A stretch of DNA of 64,000 nt, taken from contig OY761556.1 of the NCBI GenBank assembly GCA_963664705.1, positions 2,624,001 to 2,688,000 of the forward strand, given 5' to 3'. This stretch comes from Acidobacteriota bacterium (GTDB lineage Bacteria > Acidobacteriota > UBA6911). The notes under the pieces were generated by a model. It searched no databases, was not told the origin of the DNA, and was given only the letters and a program-made list of their open reading frames with translations. The translations under genes and the position numbers were made by a program. The stretch's first letter is position 1. Each line of letters starts with the position of its first letter. This document shows positions 1-9,619 of this stretch, piece by piece.

Positions 1-582
1 GAATTGCGGCTGGATTATGAAGGCACTACCGATCGGCCGACAGTCTTGAACCCGACGCATCACTCTTACTTCAATCTTTCGGGAGATTTCACAAAAACGA
101 TTCTTGATCATCAACTGATGATTGAAGCCGATACCATGACGCCTGTCGACAACGGCCTTATCCCGACAGGTCAGATTGTCAGGGTCGACAATACACCGTT
201 TGATTTTCGCGCTGCTACCGCCATTGGGGCTCGTATCAACGCCACCAATGAGCAGCTGACATTTGGCAAAGGCTATGATCACAATTGGGTTTTGCGGAGT
301 AGCGGAGCCAAGCTTGCAAAAGCGGCGGAACTCTATGACCCAACCTCGGGTCGATTGATGACGGTTTTGACCGATCAGCCCGGGCTTCAGTTCTATTCCG
401 GCAACTTCCTCGATGGATCGGCCAAAGGGAAAAACGGTATTGCCTACCAGCGCAGGACAGGGCTCTGCCTGGAAACCCAGGCTTTCCCAGATACGCCCAA
501 CAAGGCTCAATTCCCAAGCGTCACGCTGAGACCGGGAAAAACCTATCACCAAACAACTATTTATCAATTCACTACCAGATAG
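1..582 (+). CDS. galM: Aldose 1-epimerase (galactose mutarotase), 5'-truncated by the window edge
   Basis: Motifs NPTHHSYFNL, GYDHNWVL, QFYSGNFL and GLCLETQ.FPD.PN are typical of GalM; the frame is open from position 1. Confidence 0.93.
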   Translation, partial: ELRLDYEGTTDRPTVLNPTHHSYFNLSGDFTKTILDHQLMIEADTMTPVDNGLIPTGQIVRVDNTPFDFRAATAIGARINATNEQLTFGKGYDHNWVLRSSGAKLAKAAELYDPTSGRLMTVLTDQPGLQFYSGNFLDGSAKGKNGIAYQRRTGLCLETQAFPDTPNKAQFPSVTLRPGKTYHQTTIYQFTTR

Positions 583-603
583 CGCCTAAGGAGACATACC
601 TTC

Positions 604-2358
604 ATGAACGTATTAAGTCCTCTCGATTGGATTGTCATCCTGGCCTATTTTGCGCTTATTGCAGGAATTTGCGTCTGGGTTGCAAAAAAGCAGAAGAAAA
701 CTTCAGAAAGCTACTTTCTTGCAGGAAGAGAGCTCGGCTGGTTTGTAATAGGCGCTTCGATCTTTGCTTCCAATATCGGGTCGGAGCATCTGGTAGGATT
801 GGCGGGATCCGGTGCAACAGATGGTGTGGCGATGGCCCACTACGAACTGCACGCATGGTGCCTGCTGGTTCTGGCGTGGATCATGGTCCCGTTCTACATG
901 CGATCGAAAGTTTTCACCATGCCGGAGTTCCTGGAAAAACGGTTTTCCCCAGCTGCGCGGACCGTGCTTTCCGTCATTTCCTTGGTAGCATATATTCTGA
1001 CGAAAATTGCTGTGGGGATATTTGCCGGCGGCGTGGTATTTGCTGTTTTGCTTCCGGAAATGAACGTTTGGGGGTTGGATAGTTTCTGGATCGGATCCCT
1101 GTTGGTTGTATTGATCACGGGACTTTATACAATCGTCGGCGGCATGAGTGCTGTCGCTTATACCGAAGCGATGCAGACGATTGTTTTCATCATCGGGTCA
1201 GGGTTGGTCACGTTTTTTGGCTTGGAAGCTATCGGCGGTTGGTCCGGGCTGAGAGCTATCGTTCCACCGGAAATGTTCAACCTTTGGAAACCGCTGGTGC
1301 CGGCAGGGCTTCATGGCACATGGGCTCCAGTGCGCGATGCACACCAGATGGCCTGGTACTTCAATAACAATTATCCCTGGCTCGGAATGCTTGTCTGTGC
1401 GCCGGTCATCGGCTTATGGTACTGGTGCACGGACCAGTATATTGTGCAGAGAACTCTGACTGCGCCAAATGAAACCGAAGCGCGGCGCGGTTCCATTGCC
1501 GCTGGTTTTTTCAAGCTTCTTCCGGTTTTTATCTTCATTGTGCCGGGAATCATCTGCTATGCGCTCGCGGTATCCGGCAAGATTCCTTTGTTTCATAAAC
1601 TCCTGGTTGGGCCCGATGGCAACATCATCCGAGATAATGCGCAACAGGCATTTCCGCTGATGGTGGCACATCTCCTGCCAGTGGGAATCCGCGGCCTTGT
1701 TGTTGCCGGGCTGCTGGCGGCGCTCATGAGCTCTCTGGCAGGCGCATTCAATGCTTGTGCCACTCTGTTTACAATTGATTTTTACGGACGGCTGCGCCAA
1801 AACGTTACTCAGGAACGGTTGGTTTGGGTAGGTAGAGTTGCAACCGCCGTCATGGTTCTCATTGCCGTCTGCTGGATACCCGTGATTCGCGGTGGCCGCG
1901 GTCTCTACGATTATCTCCAGGGCGTTCAGTCGTATCTGGCGCCACCGATATTTGTAGTCTTTTTCCTGGGCGTTTTCTACAAACGGTTGAATGCAAAGGG
2001 ATGCCTTTGGGCATTGAACACCGGTTTTTTTCTTGGAATTATCCGGCTGGCCATCGACACACCTGTAAAAATGATCCAGGGCTTTCAGTATCCGGAAGGT
2101 TCATTCCTGTGGATCGTCAATAACATCTTCTTCCAGTACTACAGTATGATCATCCTGGCTGTTTCTGCCGTGGTGATGATAGTAGTCAGCCATATGAGCG
2201 CCGCACCCGATTATGCAAAAATCAGCGGTCTGACTTATGCCACGCGTACTGAAAAAGACAAGGCGATTTCCAGGGCAAGCTGGACGCCAATCGATGTAAT
2301 CCTCTCGCTTGTCGTTATTGGCCTGATCTTGGCCGCATACCTGTATTTTGTCGGATAG
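604..2358 (+). CDS. Sodium:solute (sugar) symporter, SLC5/SSS family
   Basis: YFLAGR, ASNIGSEHLVGLAG, WYWCTDQYIVQR and LAALMSSL motifs; many TM segments; RBS AAGGAG. Confidence 0.93.
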   Translation: MNVLSPLDWIVILAYFALIAGICVWVAKKQKKTSESYFLAGRELGWFVIGASIFASNIGSEHLVGLAGSGATDGVAMAHYELHAWCLLVLAWIMVPFYMRSKVFTMPEFLEKRFSPAARTVLSVISLVAYILTKIAVGIFAGGVVFAVLLPEMNVWGLDSFWIGSLLVVLITGLYTIVGGMSAVAYTEAMQTIVFIIGSGLVTFFGLEAIGGWSGLRAIVPPEMFNLWKPLVPAGLHGTWAPVRDAHQMAWYFNNNYPWLGMLVCAPVIGLWYWCTDQYIVQRTLTAPNETEARRGSIAAGFFKLLPVFIFIVPGIICYALAVSGKIPLFHKLLVGPDGNIIRDNAQQAFPLMVAHLLPVGIRGLVVAGLLAALMSSLAGAFNACATLFTIDFYGRLRQNVTQERLVWVGRVATAVMVLIAVCWIPVIRGGRGLYDYLQGVQSYLAPPIFVVFFLGVFYKRLNAKGCLWALNTGFFLGIIRLAIDTPVKMIQGFQYPEGSFLWIVNNIFFQYYSMIILAVSAVVMIVVSHMSAAPDYAKISGLTYATRTEKDKAISRASWTPIDVILSLVVIGLILAAYLYFVG

Positions 2359-2368
2359 GAGAACATCG

Positions 2369-4072
2369 ATGCCACACTATGTTATCGGCCTTGATTACGG
2401 CACGAATAGCTGTCGGTCTCTTGTTGTGGAAGTGGAATCCGGGAGAGAGTTGGCCAGCAGTGTATTCCCCTATCCTTCGGGGACAGAGGGTGTCATTCTT
2501 AATCCGTCAGATCCCAACATGGCTCGGCAGAACCCGGCGGATTATCTCCTTGGAATTGAAAGGACGATCCGGCAGGGACTTGAAAAAGCAAAGAATGCCG
2601 ATCCGGAGTTCAGTCCCGATTGCGTGATTGGCATCGGGGTGGACACAACCGGAAGCAGCCCGATGCCGGTGGACAACCAAGGTCAGCCCCTTTCCTTACA
2701 CGAGCAGTTCAAAGATGATCCGGCTGCAATGGTATGGCTCTGGAAAGACCACACAAGCTATCGTGAAGCAGCCCAGATCACGCAGTTGGCGGCTGATCTC
2801 CGGCCCGAATATCTTTCGAAAATCGGCGGGACCTATTCGTCGGAATGGTGGTGGAGCAAAATACTCCATTGCAAAAACACCGCCGGGCATGTGTTTAATG
2901 CGGCCGCAAGCTGGGTGGAGATCTGCGACTGGATTCCTGCAGTCTTAACGGGGCAGACGAATCCTGGTACGCTGCGGCGCAGCATCTGTGCAGCCGGACA
3001 CAAGGCCATGTTCAACCCATCATGGGATGGACTCCCGGACAGAGAATTTCTTGATAAGCTTTCGCCCGGGCTGGGCTCTCTGCGAGAGCGGCTTTATAGC
3101 AAAGCGTACACCGCGGACTGCCGGGCAGGCACATTATCATCCGAATGGGCCGCAAAACTGGGACTCCCCTCTACGGTTGTTGTTGCCGTAGGCGCTTTCG
3201 ATGCACATATGGGAGCGATCGGTGCCGGCATCGCACCTGGAACTCTCGTTAAGATTATCGGAACCAGCACGTGCGACATCATGATTCATCCCAACAATCT
3301 TCCCCTTCGGGATATCCCGGGAGTTTGCGGAATTGTTGACGGTTCCGTTACATCGGGCTTCTATGGTATTGAGGCGGGCCAATCCGCCGTTGGCGATATC
3401 TTTCTCTGGTTCGTTAATACGTTGGTATCCGAGAAATACGGCCGGACCGTGGAACAGCAGTTTGCCTCTCTCGAGAGCGCGGCAGCGGAGCTTCTGCCGG
3501 GTGAAAGCGGATTGCTGTCTCTCGACTGGAACAATGGGAATCGAACAATCCTGGTCGATGTGCGGCTGGCAGGATTGCTTGTCGGGCAGACGCTGCACAC
3601 GCAGCCGCACGAAATCTACCGCGCACTGATGGAGGCAACGGGGTTTGGCGCTCTCGCGATTATCGACCGGATCGAAGAATATGGGGTTCCGGTCAAAGAA
3701 GTAGTCAATTGCGGCGGCCTGGCCGCTAAAAATCCATTGCTGATGCAGATTTATGCGGATATAACAGGGCGGCCCATGAAAGTAAGCCGGAGCGAACAGA
3801 CGCCGGCTTTGGGTGCGGCTATTTTCGCCGCTGTGGCCGCCGGCGAAACTGCCGGAGGATATCCCTCGGTGGCGTCGGCTCAAACACGCATGGTTGGGAT
3901 TGGCACGGAATACCATCCGGTTGAATCCAATCATCAAACCTATAGAAGATTATATGCCTTGTACCGGCAGTTGCATGATGCTTTCGGGACAGCGCAGTGG
4001 TCGGGACAGATGCACAATCTGATGAAGCAATTGCTGGATATCCGGGATGCGGTCAGGAGTTCGGGGCAATGA
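2369..4072 (+). CDS. araB: L-ribulokinase (FGGY family)
   Basis: IGLDYGT, DTTGS, LWKDH, YSSEW, AAGHKAM, GTSTCD and LDWNNGNRT motifs; ATG at 2369 with RBS AGGAG. Confidence 0.93.
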   Translation: MPHYVIGLDYGTNSCRSLVVEVESGRELASSVFPYPSGTEGVILNPSDPNMARQNPADYLLGIERTIRQGLEKAKNADPEFSPDCVIGIGVDTTGSSPMPVDNQGQPLSLHEQFKDDPAAMVWLWKDHTSYREAAQITQLAADLRPEYLSKIGGTYSSEWWWSKILHCKNTAGHVFNAAASWVEICDWIPAVLTGQTNPGTLRRSICAAGHKAMFNPSWDGLPDREFLDKLSPGLGSLRERLYSKAYTADCRAGTLSSEWAAKLGLPSTVVVAVGAFDAHMGAIGAGIAPGTLVKIIGTSTCDIMIHPNNLPLRDIPGVCGIVDGSVTSGFYGIEAGQSAVGDIFLWFVNTLVSEKYGRTVEQQFASLESAAAELLPGESGLLSLDWNNGNRTILVDVRLAGLLVGQTLHTQPHEIYRALMEATGFGALAIIDRIEEYGVPVKEVVNCGGLAAKNPLLMQIYADITGRPMKVSRSEQTPALGAAIFAAVAAGETAGGYPSVASAQTRMVGIGTEYHPVESNHQTYRRLYALYRQLHDAFGTAQWSGQMHNLMKQLLDIRDAVRSSGQ

Positions 4073-4764
4073 CGGAGAAGCTCAAGGAAGAGGTCTTTCA
4101 AGCCAATCTACTGCTGATGCGCTACGGACTGGTAACTCTAACGTGGGGCAATGTAAGTGGAATTGACAGATCCGTCCCCTGCGTTGTCATCAAACCCAGT
4201 GGCGTTGAATACGAATCGATGAGCGCTCGTGACATGGTGGTTGTTGATCTCGAGGGTAACATTCTGGAGGGGAATCTTCGACCTTCTTCCGACACGGCAA
4301 CCCATCTGGAGCTTTATCGGTCTTTTCCCGAGATTGGGGGTATTGTCCATACCCACAGCACCTATGCAACCATGTACGCGCAAGCTTGCAGTGAGATTCC
4401 CTGTTTTGGAACCACGCATGCCGACCACTTCCGCGGGCCTGTTCCTGTCACGCGATTTTTGACGGAAGCTGAAGTACAGTCCGGGTATGAACGTCACACA
4501 GGCTCCGTTATTATCGAGCGGTTCAGCGGGCTGAATCCTGCCGATATGCCGGCCGTTCTGGTTGCAGGACATGCTCCTTTTGCCTGGGGAAAGAGTGCTG
4601 CAGATGCTGTGAATAACAGTCTGATTCTCGAGCGCGTTGCCCAGATGGCTTTGGGGTCCATTCAATTGCGCGCCGAACTCGGCGCATTGCCTTCATACAT
4701 TCAGGAAAAGCACTATCAACGTAAACACGGACCGCGGGCATATTACGGTCAGAAAAAACCATGA
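4069..4764 (+). CDS. araD: L-ribulose-5-phosphate 4-epimerase
   Basis: TWGNVSG, IKPSG, PSSDT, HTHS, GTTHADHF and KHG..AYYGQ; ATGA overlap with the araB stop. Confidence 0.95.
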   Translation: MTEKLKEEVFQANLLLMRYGLVTLTWGNVSGIDRSVPCVVIKPSGVEYESMSARDMVVVDLEGNILEGNLRPSSDTATHLELYRSFPEIGGIVHTHSTYATMYAQACSEIPCFGTTHADHFRGPVPVTRFLTEAEVQSGYERHTGSVIIERFSGLNPADMPAVLVAGHAPFAWGKSAADAVNNSLILERVAQMALGSIQLRAELGALPSYIQEKHYQRKHGPRAYYGQKKP

Positions 4765-4777
4765 GGTCAGTATTTCA

Positions 4778-6256
4778 ATGCAAAACATTCCAGACGTAAA
4801 GCTAGGTATCGTTGCCGTAAGCCGTGATTGTTTTCCTATTGAGCTTTCCCACAAGCGGCGCAACAAGGTTGCTGCGGCTTGCAGCGCGATTCAGGTTCCG
4901 GTCATTGAAATTGAAACGATTATTGAGAACGAGCGCGATGTGTTGAAAGCGCTTGATGAAGCCAGGCAGAAGGGAGTCAATGCTCTCGCCATCTACCTTG
5001 GTAATTTCGGGCCGGAGGGACCGACCACTTTATTGGCGCAGAAATTTGCCGGCCCTGTCATGTTTGTTGCTGCCGCCGAGGATTCCGGAAAAGACATGGT
5101 GAACGGTCGTGGGGATGCATATTGCGGCCTCTTGAGCGCTTCCTACAATTTCGGACTGCGAAGGCTTCGGCCGCATGTTCCGGAATACCCGATAGGGGAT
5201 GCTCAAGACATTGCCGCAATGCTTGCCGACTTCATCCCGGTCGCGCGCATTGTTCTGGGAGTACAAAATCTGAAGATCATTTCCTTCGGCCCGCGGCCTT
5301 TTGACTTTGTGACGTGTCATGCTCCCATTCAGCCTCTGTATGATCTCGGTGTTGAGATCATGGAAAACAGTGAGCTGGATTTGTACGACATTGTTCAGGC
5401 CGAAAAAGGAAATCCGGAAATCCACCGTATTACTGAACAGATGGCGTCAGAATTGGGGAAAGGCAATACCTACCCCGATTTGATGGAAAAACTCGCCCGT
5501 TATGAATTCGCCCTGGAAAAATTCATGCAGGCCAATCTTGGTGCATCGCAATACGCTGCGTTCGCCAATAAGTGCTGGCCTGCTTTCGAGAAATACTTCG
5601 GACATGTGCCCTGCTATCTGAATTCGCGTCTGGCTGCGAAAGGAATTCCATCCGCCTGCGAGGCCGATATATACGGCGCGTTGAGCGAATATATGGTCGT
5701 CTGCGCCACCGGGCTTCCTCCTGCAATTCTCGATATAAACAACTCCGTTCCAAAGGATATGTATGCCGAATGCAAAAAGGAAATCGGCGACTATGCGCTG
5801 AGCGATCTTTGGATGGGTTTTCACTGCGGCAACACTTCCGCGGCATGCCTGATGCAACCATCGATCCAATATCAACTTATTATGCATCGACTGATGGAAC
5901 CGGAACAGACTCCGAATATCACGCGTGGAACTCTCGAGGGACGCATTAAGTCTGGTCCAATCTCGATTTTCCGCATACAGTCAACCGCCGAAGCTCAGAT
6001 CCGCGCCTATGTTGCAAACGGCGAGGTTCTCAATGTAGATCCGAAATCTTTTGGATCCATCGGAGTCTTTGCGATCAAGGAAATGGGACGATTCTATCGT
6101 CATGTTTTGATTGAAAAGCGCTTCCCTCATCATACCGCCATTGCGTTCAGCCATGCAGGAAAGGCCTTATTCTCCGCGAGCCGAATGCTGGGTGTTGATG
6201 ATGTATTCTTCAATCATCCCCGAGGCGTTTATTACCCGACCGAAAATCCCTTCTAG
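4778..6256 (+). CDS. L-fucose/L-arabinose isomerase family protein (FucI-like), probable arabinose isomerase of this operon
   Basis: GNFGPE, RGDAYCG, KCWP, CEADIYGA, FHCGN and FPHH motifs; last gene of the araB-araD operon. Confidence 0.8.
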   Translation: MQNIPDVKLGIVAVSRDCFPIELSHKRRNKVAAACSAIQVPVIEIETIIENERDVLKALDEARQKGVNALAIYLGNFGPEGPTTLLAQKFAGPVMFVAAAEDSGKDMVNGRGDAYCGLLSASYNFGLRRLRPHVPEYPIGDAQDIAAMLADFIPVARIVLGVQNLKIISFGPRPFDFVTCHAPIQPLYDLGVEIMENSELDLYDIVQAEKGNPEIHRITEQMASELGKGNTYPDLMEKLARYEFALEKFMQANLGASQYAAFANKCWPAFEKYFGHVPCYLNSRLAAKGIPSACEADIYGALSEYMVVCATGLPPAILDINNSVPKDMYAECKKEIGDYALSDLWMGFHCGNTSAACLMQPSIQYQLIMHRLMEPEQTPNITRGTLEGRIKSGPISIFRIQSTAEAQIRAYVANGEVLNVDPKSFGSIGVFAIKEMGRFYRHVLIEKRFPHHTAIAFSHAGKALFSASRMLGVDDVFFNHPRGVYYPTENPF

Positions 6257-6263
6257 TTGTTTC

Positions 6264-6310
6264 ATGGGGTCACACAGTCTTCACCAGGGGTGAAGACTGT
6301 GTGACCCTAT
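6264..6310. terminator. Long inverted repeat between convergent genes (bidirectional terminator or REP-like)
   Basis: GGGTCACACAGTCTTCACC-AGG-GGTGAAGACTGTGTGACCC, perfect 19-bp stem at 6267-6307. Confidence 0.75.
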
Positions 6311-7884
6311 TCGCCCCTGGTCGTCCTCGCAGGGATAGTGCAAATGATCAGGAATGCGATGAGCATCGTAACCACACCAATTTGAAATACGCTTCTTATG
6401 CCCGCCGCCATGGCAGTGCGTATCGCGCGCACAGTATCTGGAAACAGCATGTGCATTTCACTGCCACCCCTGTCAAATCTCACTTTGAGTTCGTCCATCG
6501 CAGGCTGCGACAGCAATACGCGTGGGTTGCCGATTGCAGTGACGGTCTCCTGATCAGCGAGCCGATGCAATTCGTACGGTAGCGAACGACGGAGACTTTT
6601 TTCATAGGAAGCATTCATCGCGGATCCCAGCAGTGCGGGAGCAATCGCTACCCCCATCAGAATGGCAAAGAACATCGCGCCCATCGCAACTCCCAGCAGT
6701 CGCTTGGGAACTGAATTCTGAACAACCATCGTATTCACCGTAGGAACTGCCCCCAACCCGAAACCGGCTATCGAAACAATAGCAACACTCCAGACAATCG
6801 GAGTCTGTTCCGTAATGAAGATGACTCCGAACATGTCTACCGTCAGAATTCCAAAACCCACAACATACATCCATTTGAAATTTCCGCGCCTGGCAAGAAG
6901 GAAACCTACCGGCACGCCGACAAAAGCCATCAAAACGCTATATGGAGTGATGATCTGTCCGCTTCTCATCGTACTTATCCCCTGAACTCCCTGCAGAAAC
7001 ATCGGGTAGTACATCATTATTCCCATCTGACCGAAGTAGGAGAACAGAGTGGCAATAGCAACAGTCATAAACGTGCGGTTGCGCAAAACCAAAGGGTCGA
7101 GGATCGGCTCTTCTACATGATTCTCGGTACGAAGGAAAAGGATCCAGAAGAGAAATGAAACCGATAGCAGCCCAATAACCTGAGGAGACCGCCACGGATA
7201 CTTTGTGCCGGCATAGGAAAAGCCTATGATGAGAGTCGATGAGGCAACCGCCACCAATATGCACCCAAGAACGTCAATTTTCCGCTTGCCTCGACGGACC
7301 ACAGAAGGAACTCCAACCGGGACAATAAGGAGGCAAACAACCAACAGCGGCACTGCAATCCAGTAGAGATAGCGCCAACTGAGATTATCAACAAACCAGC
7401 CGCCGAGCGTAGGGCCGATGAGCGAAAACACTCCTGTTGGAATGCGCAGCAGACCGATCCACTTCCCCCGCTTTTCAGGAGGGAATAGATCTCCGACCAC
7501 AGCATACGTAAGCGGCATCATAGCGCCTGTGCCAAGCGCACTTATCACTCCGGCAATTATCAGGAAGATATAATTGGCGCTGATTGCCCCCAAAACTGTT
7601 CCCGCAAGGCAAAAAGCCACGGAAATTATCAGCATAATTCTGCGTCCGTATATATCCGATAATTTACCGAAAACCAGTGTTACGAATGCACTGACCAGAC
7701 TGGGGATGGATACCGCCAGAGAGTAGAGGGACATGCCATTGAGGTCAGCGGCAATTCTTGGCCGAGCAATCCCCAAGGTTTGAACGAAATAGGCCATCGT
7801 TCCATAAACAGCAAAGATGGCGGCAACTCCCAAAGTTATCTGCTTTTGGGTAAAGTTATATTCAGCCCTAGACTCCTGAGACAT
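6307..7884 (-). CDS. MFS transporter, DHA2 (EmrB/QacA-like, 14 TM)
   Basis: GKLSDIYGRR motif A, GPTLGG, WRYLYWI and EEPILD; 525 aa hydrophobic. Confidence 0.88.
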   Translation of the reverse strand: MSQESRAEYNFTQKQITLGVAAIFAVYGTMAYFVQTLGIARPRIAADLNGMSLYSLAVSIPSLVSAFVTLVFGKLSDIYGRRIMLIISVAFCLAGTVLGAISANYIFLIIAGVISALGTGAMMPLTYAVVGDLFPPEKRGKWIGLLRIPTGVFSLIGPTLGGWFVDNLSWRYLYWIAVPLLVVCLLIVPVGVPSVVRRGKRKIDVLGCILVAVASSTLIIGFSYAGTKYPWRSPQVIGLLSVSFLFWILFLRTENHVEEPILDPLVLRNRTFMTVAIATLFSYFGQMGIMMYYPMFLQGVQGISTMRSGQIITPYSVLMAFVGVPVGFLLARRGNFKWMYVVGFGILTVDMFGVIFITEQTPIVWSVAIVSIAGFGLGAVPTVNTMVVQNSVPKRLLGVAMGAMFFAILMGVAIAPALLGSAMNASYEKSLRRSLPYELHRLADQETVTAIGNPRVLLSQPAMDELKVRFDRGGSEMHMLFPDTVRAIRTAMAAGIRSVFQIGVVTMLIAFLIICTIPARTTRGE

Positions 7885-7938
7885 TCGGATCTCTCCGCGA
7901 AAAAATGAAAAGGACTTGAATTAGCTGAGTGAGGAAAG

Positions 7939-8973
7939 CTACTCAATATCTACCACGGCTTTGATGACGCCATCGCGATAATCCGACAGGATCTCAAAAG
8001 CAGTGCCTGCCCGATCCAGGCTGAATCGGTGAGTGATCATAAAGTCGGGCTGAATCCTGCCTTCATGGATCAGATCTATCACGGGCTCGATACACTCATT
8101 CTGGCGCCGAACATTTATATATGTAATGCCTTTGCGCCGGGCATCATGCACCGGAAAGTAGCTTTGGTCTGTCTCTGGAATACCCACGATGAGGATTCGC
8201 CCCATTGGTTTACACAATTGTAAAGCCTGATTGAGAGCGCTCTGCTGGCCGCAACACTCGAAAACCGCATCCAGCTCCAGAGGTTCATGCTGGATAATGT
8301 CACGAACGATATCAGTACGGTCGGGATTCCCTGCCCACACGGCACCTTGCTGCCTCGCGATCTCAAGCCGGTAGTCCAGCCGGTCTGTTACATAAATCGC
8401 TGAAGCCCCTTCTGCCCGCGCTGAAAGAAGCACACTTAAGCCGATCGGCCCACTCCCCAGAATGCCAATGCTTTTGCCCTTCAGCGAACCGGAAAGCCGC
8501 ACCGCATAGTGACCGATAGTTAATGGTTCCACCAGGGTGGCCTGGTCTGCAGTTAATCCTCTAGCGCTGTAACAGCAGTCCTCCGGCATAATCAGGTATT
8601 GGCATAAGCAGCCATCCAGTTGACCCGGGCAGCCCAGAAAGCGCACCTTCCGGCATGTATGGAAATGACCGAGCCGACATTGATCGCAGATGCCGCAGGA
8701 GACGGATGGGTCAACCACAACCATTTCTCCGCGCTGGAATCGTGTTACCTGGCTGCCAACCTCAGCCACAACCGCACTGCATTCATGCCCTATGCAAAAC
8801 GGATATTGCACGACCTGATCTCCGATCCGTCCTTGCGTGTAATAGTGGAGATCGGATCCGCATATGCCGACACGGAGAACTTTGAGAAGTACATCTGTTG
8901 GCCGACGAAGCGCGGGAACGGGTTGATCCACGATTTCATTTTGCCGGATTCCAGTCAATACCATGCTTTTCAT
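7939..8973 (-). CDS. Zn-dependent polyol/alcohol dehydrogenase (sorbitol/iditol DH-like MDR)
   Basis: GICGSDLH, GHE, C-x2-C-x2-C-x7-C structural Zn site and GSGPIG; start placed at MKSMVL. Confidence 0.88.
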   Translation of the reverse strand: MKSMVLTGIRQNEIVDQPVPALRRPTDVLLKVLRVGICGSDLHYYTQGRIGDQVVQYPFCIGHECSAVVAEVGSQVTRFQRGEMVVVDPSVSCGICDQCRLGHFHTCRKVRFLGCPGQLDGCLCQYLIMPEDCCYSARGLTADQATLVEPLTIGHYAVRLSGSLKGKSIGILGSGPIGLSVLLSARAEGASAIYVTDRLDYRLEIARQQGAVWAGNPDRTDIVRDIIQHEPLELDAVFECCGQQSALNQALQLCKPMGRILIVGIPETDQSYFPVHDARRKGITYINVRRQNECIEPVIDLIHEGRIQPDFMITHRFSLDRAGTAFEILSDYRDGVIKAVVDIE

Positions 8974-9061
8974 AGGGCTATCCCAACTCAGCTTTGATGT
9001 GCACCAGTCCGCTGCCGTCCCGCAGCGATGTTCGGTTGAAAGCAAAACTCTACCACAATGT

Positions 9062-9079
9062 TGTCACATTAATGTGACA
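9062..9079. promoter_or_regulatory. Palindromic operator TGTCACA-N4-TGTGACA (copy 1)
   Basis: TGTCACATTAATGTGACA, a perfect 18-bp palindrome in a divergent intergenic region; the motif recurs at six other loci. Confidence 0.8.
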
Positions 9080-9085
9080 TATTTC

Positions 9086-9115
9086 TTGACAAGCCATTAT
9101 TAACTTTTATAGCCT
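9086..9115 (+). promoter_or_regulatory. Sigma70-type promoter for selenoprotein operon 1
   Basis: TTGACA-N18-TAGCCT, starting 6 bp after the operator. Confidence 0.6.
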
Positions 9116-9619
9116 GCCAGCGCATTCACAGTCATCATCCTCAAAAAGCTTTTGCGGGTGGCCTGTCCGGCAAAACTCAAAAAGGCTTCGAAAGAATGCA
9201 TTTGATGCACGAACTACCGGCTTTTGGTGACTGACCTCCCAAAAGCGCAACAGGGATGCCAGTCATGGCCGGCACGCCTGCCGCGGAGAGCACTGGTTCC
9301 TCCGTATATGCTACTTCATCCATCAGTGCTTTCTGCGGCAGGAACTATTGCTTTGAGAAAATATATGCCTCTTTTTACCAATGATCACGGTAGATTCTCT
9401 GGATGGAAGGCACTCTCTATTTTGGCAATAACATAGTTCGTGATGACGGGATTGGTTTCTCTAGTCCGGCTCCGAGCTGAGCGCCATTTGCTGCCGGCAT
9501 TATCGCCGGCCTCGGATGCGCAAAGGCTCTGGAGCTGAATTCACCGGGAACACTTCCTTCAAAAGGAAATATTCCCTTCCCTTGCACAGTTTGCTCTATT
9601 CTATCGGGAGATGGGACAC

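Noticed and set aside
9165-9265. Possible c-di-GMP-I riboswitch (GGCAAA...TTCGAAAGAA...)
   Set aside because: The GACGCAAA junction and tetraloop-receptor elements are not clearly present; kept only as a generic structured leader
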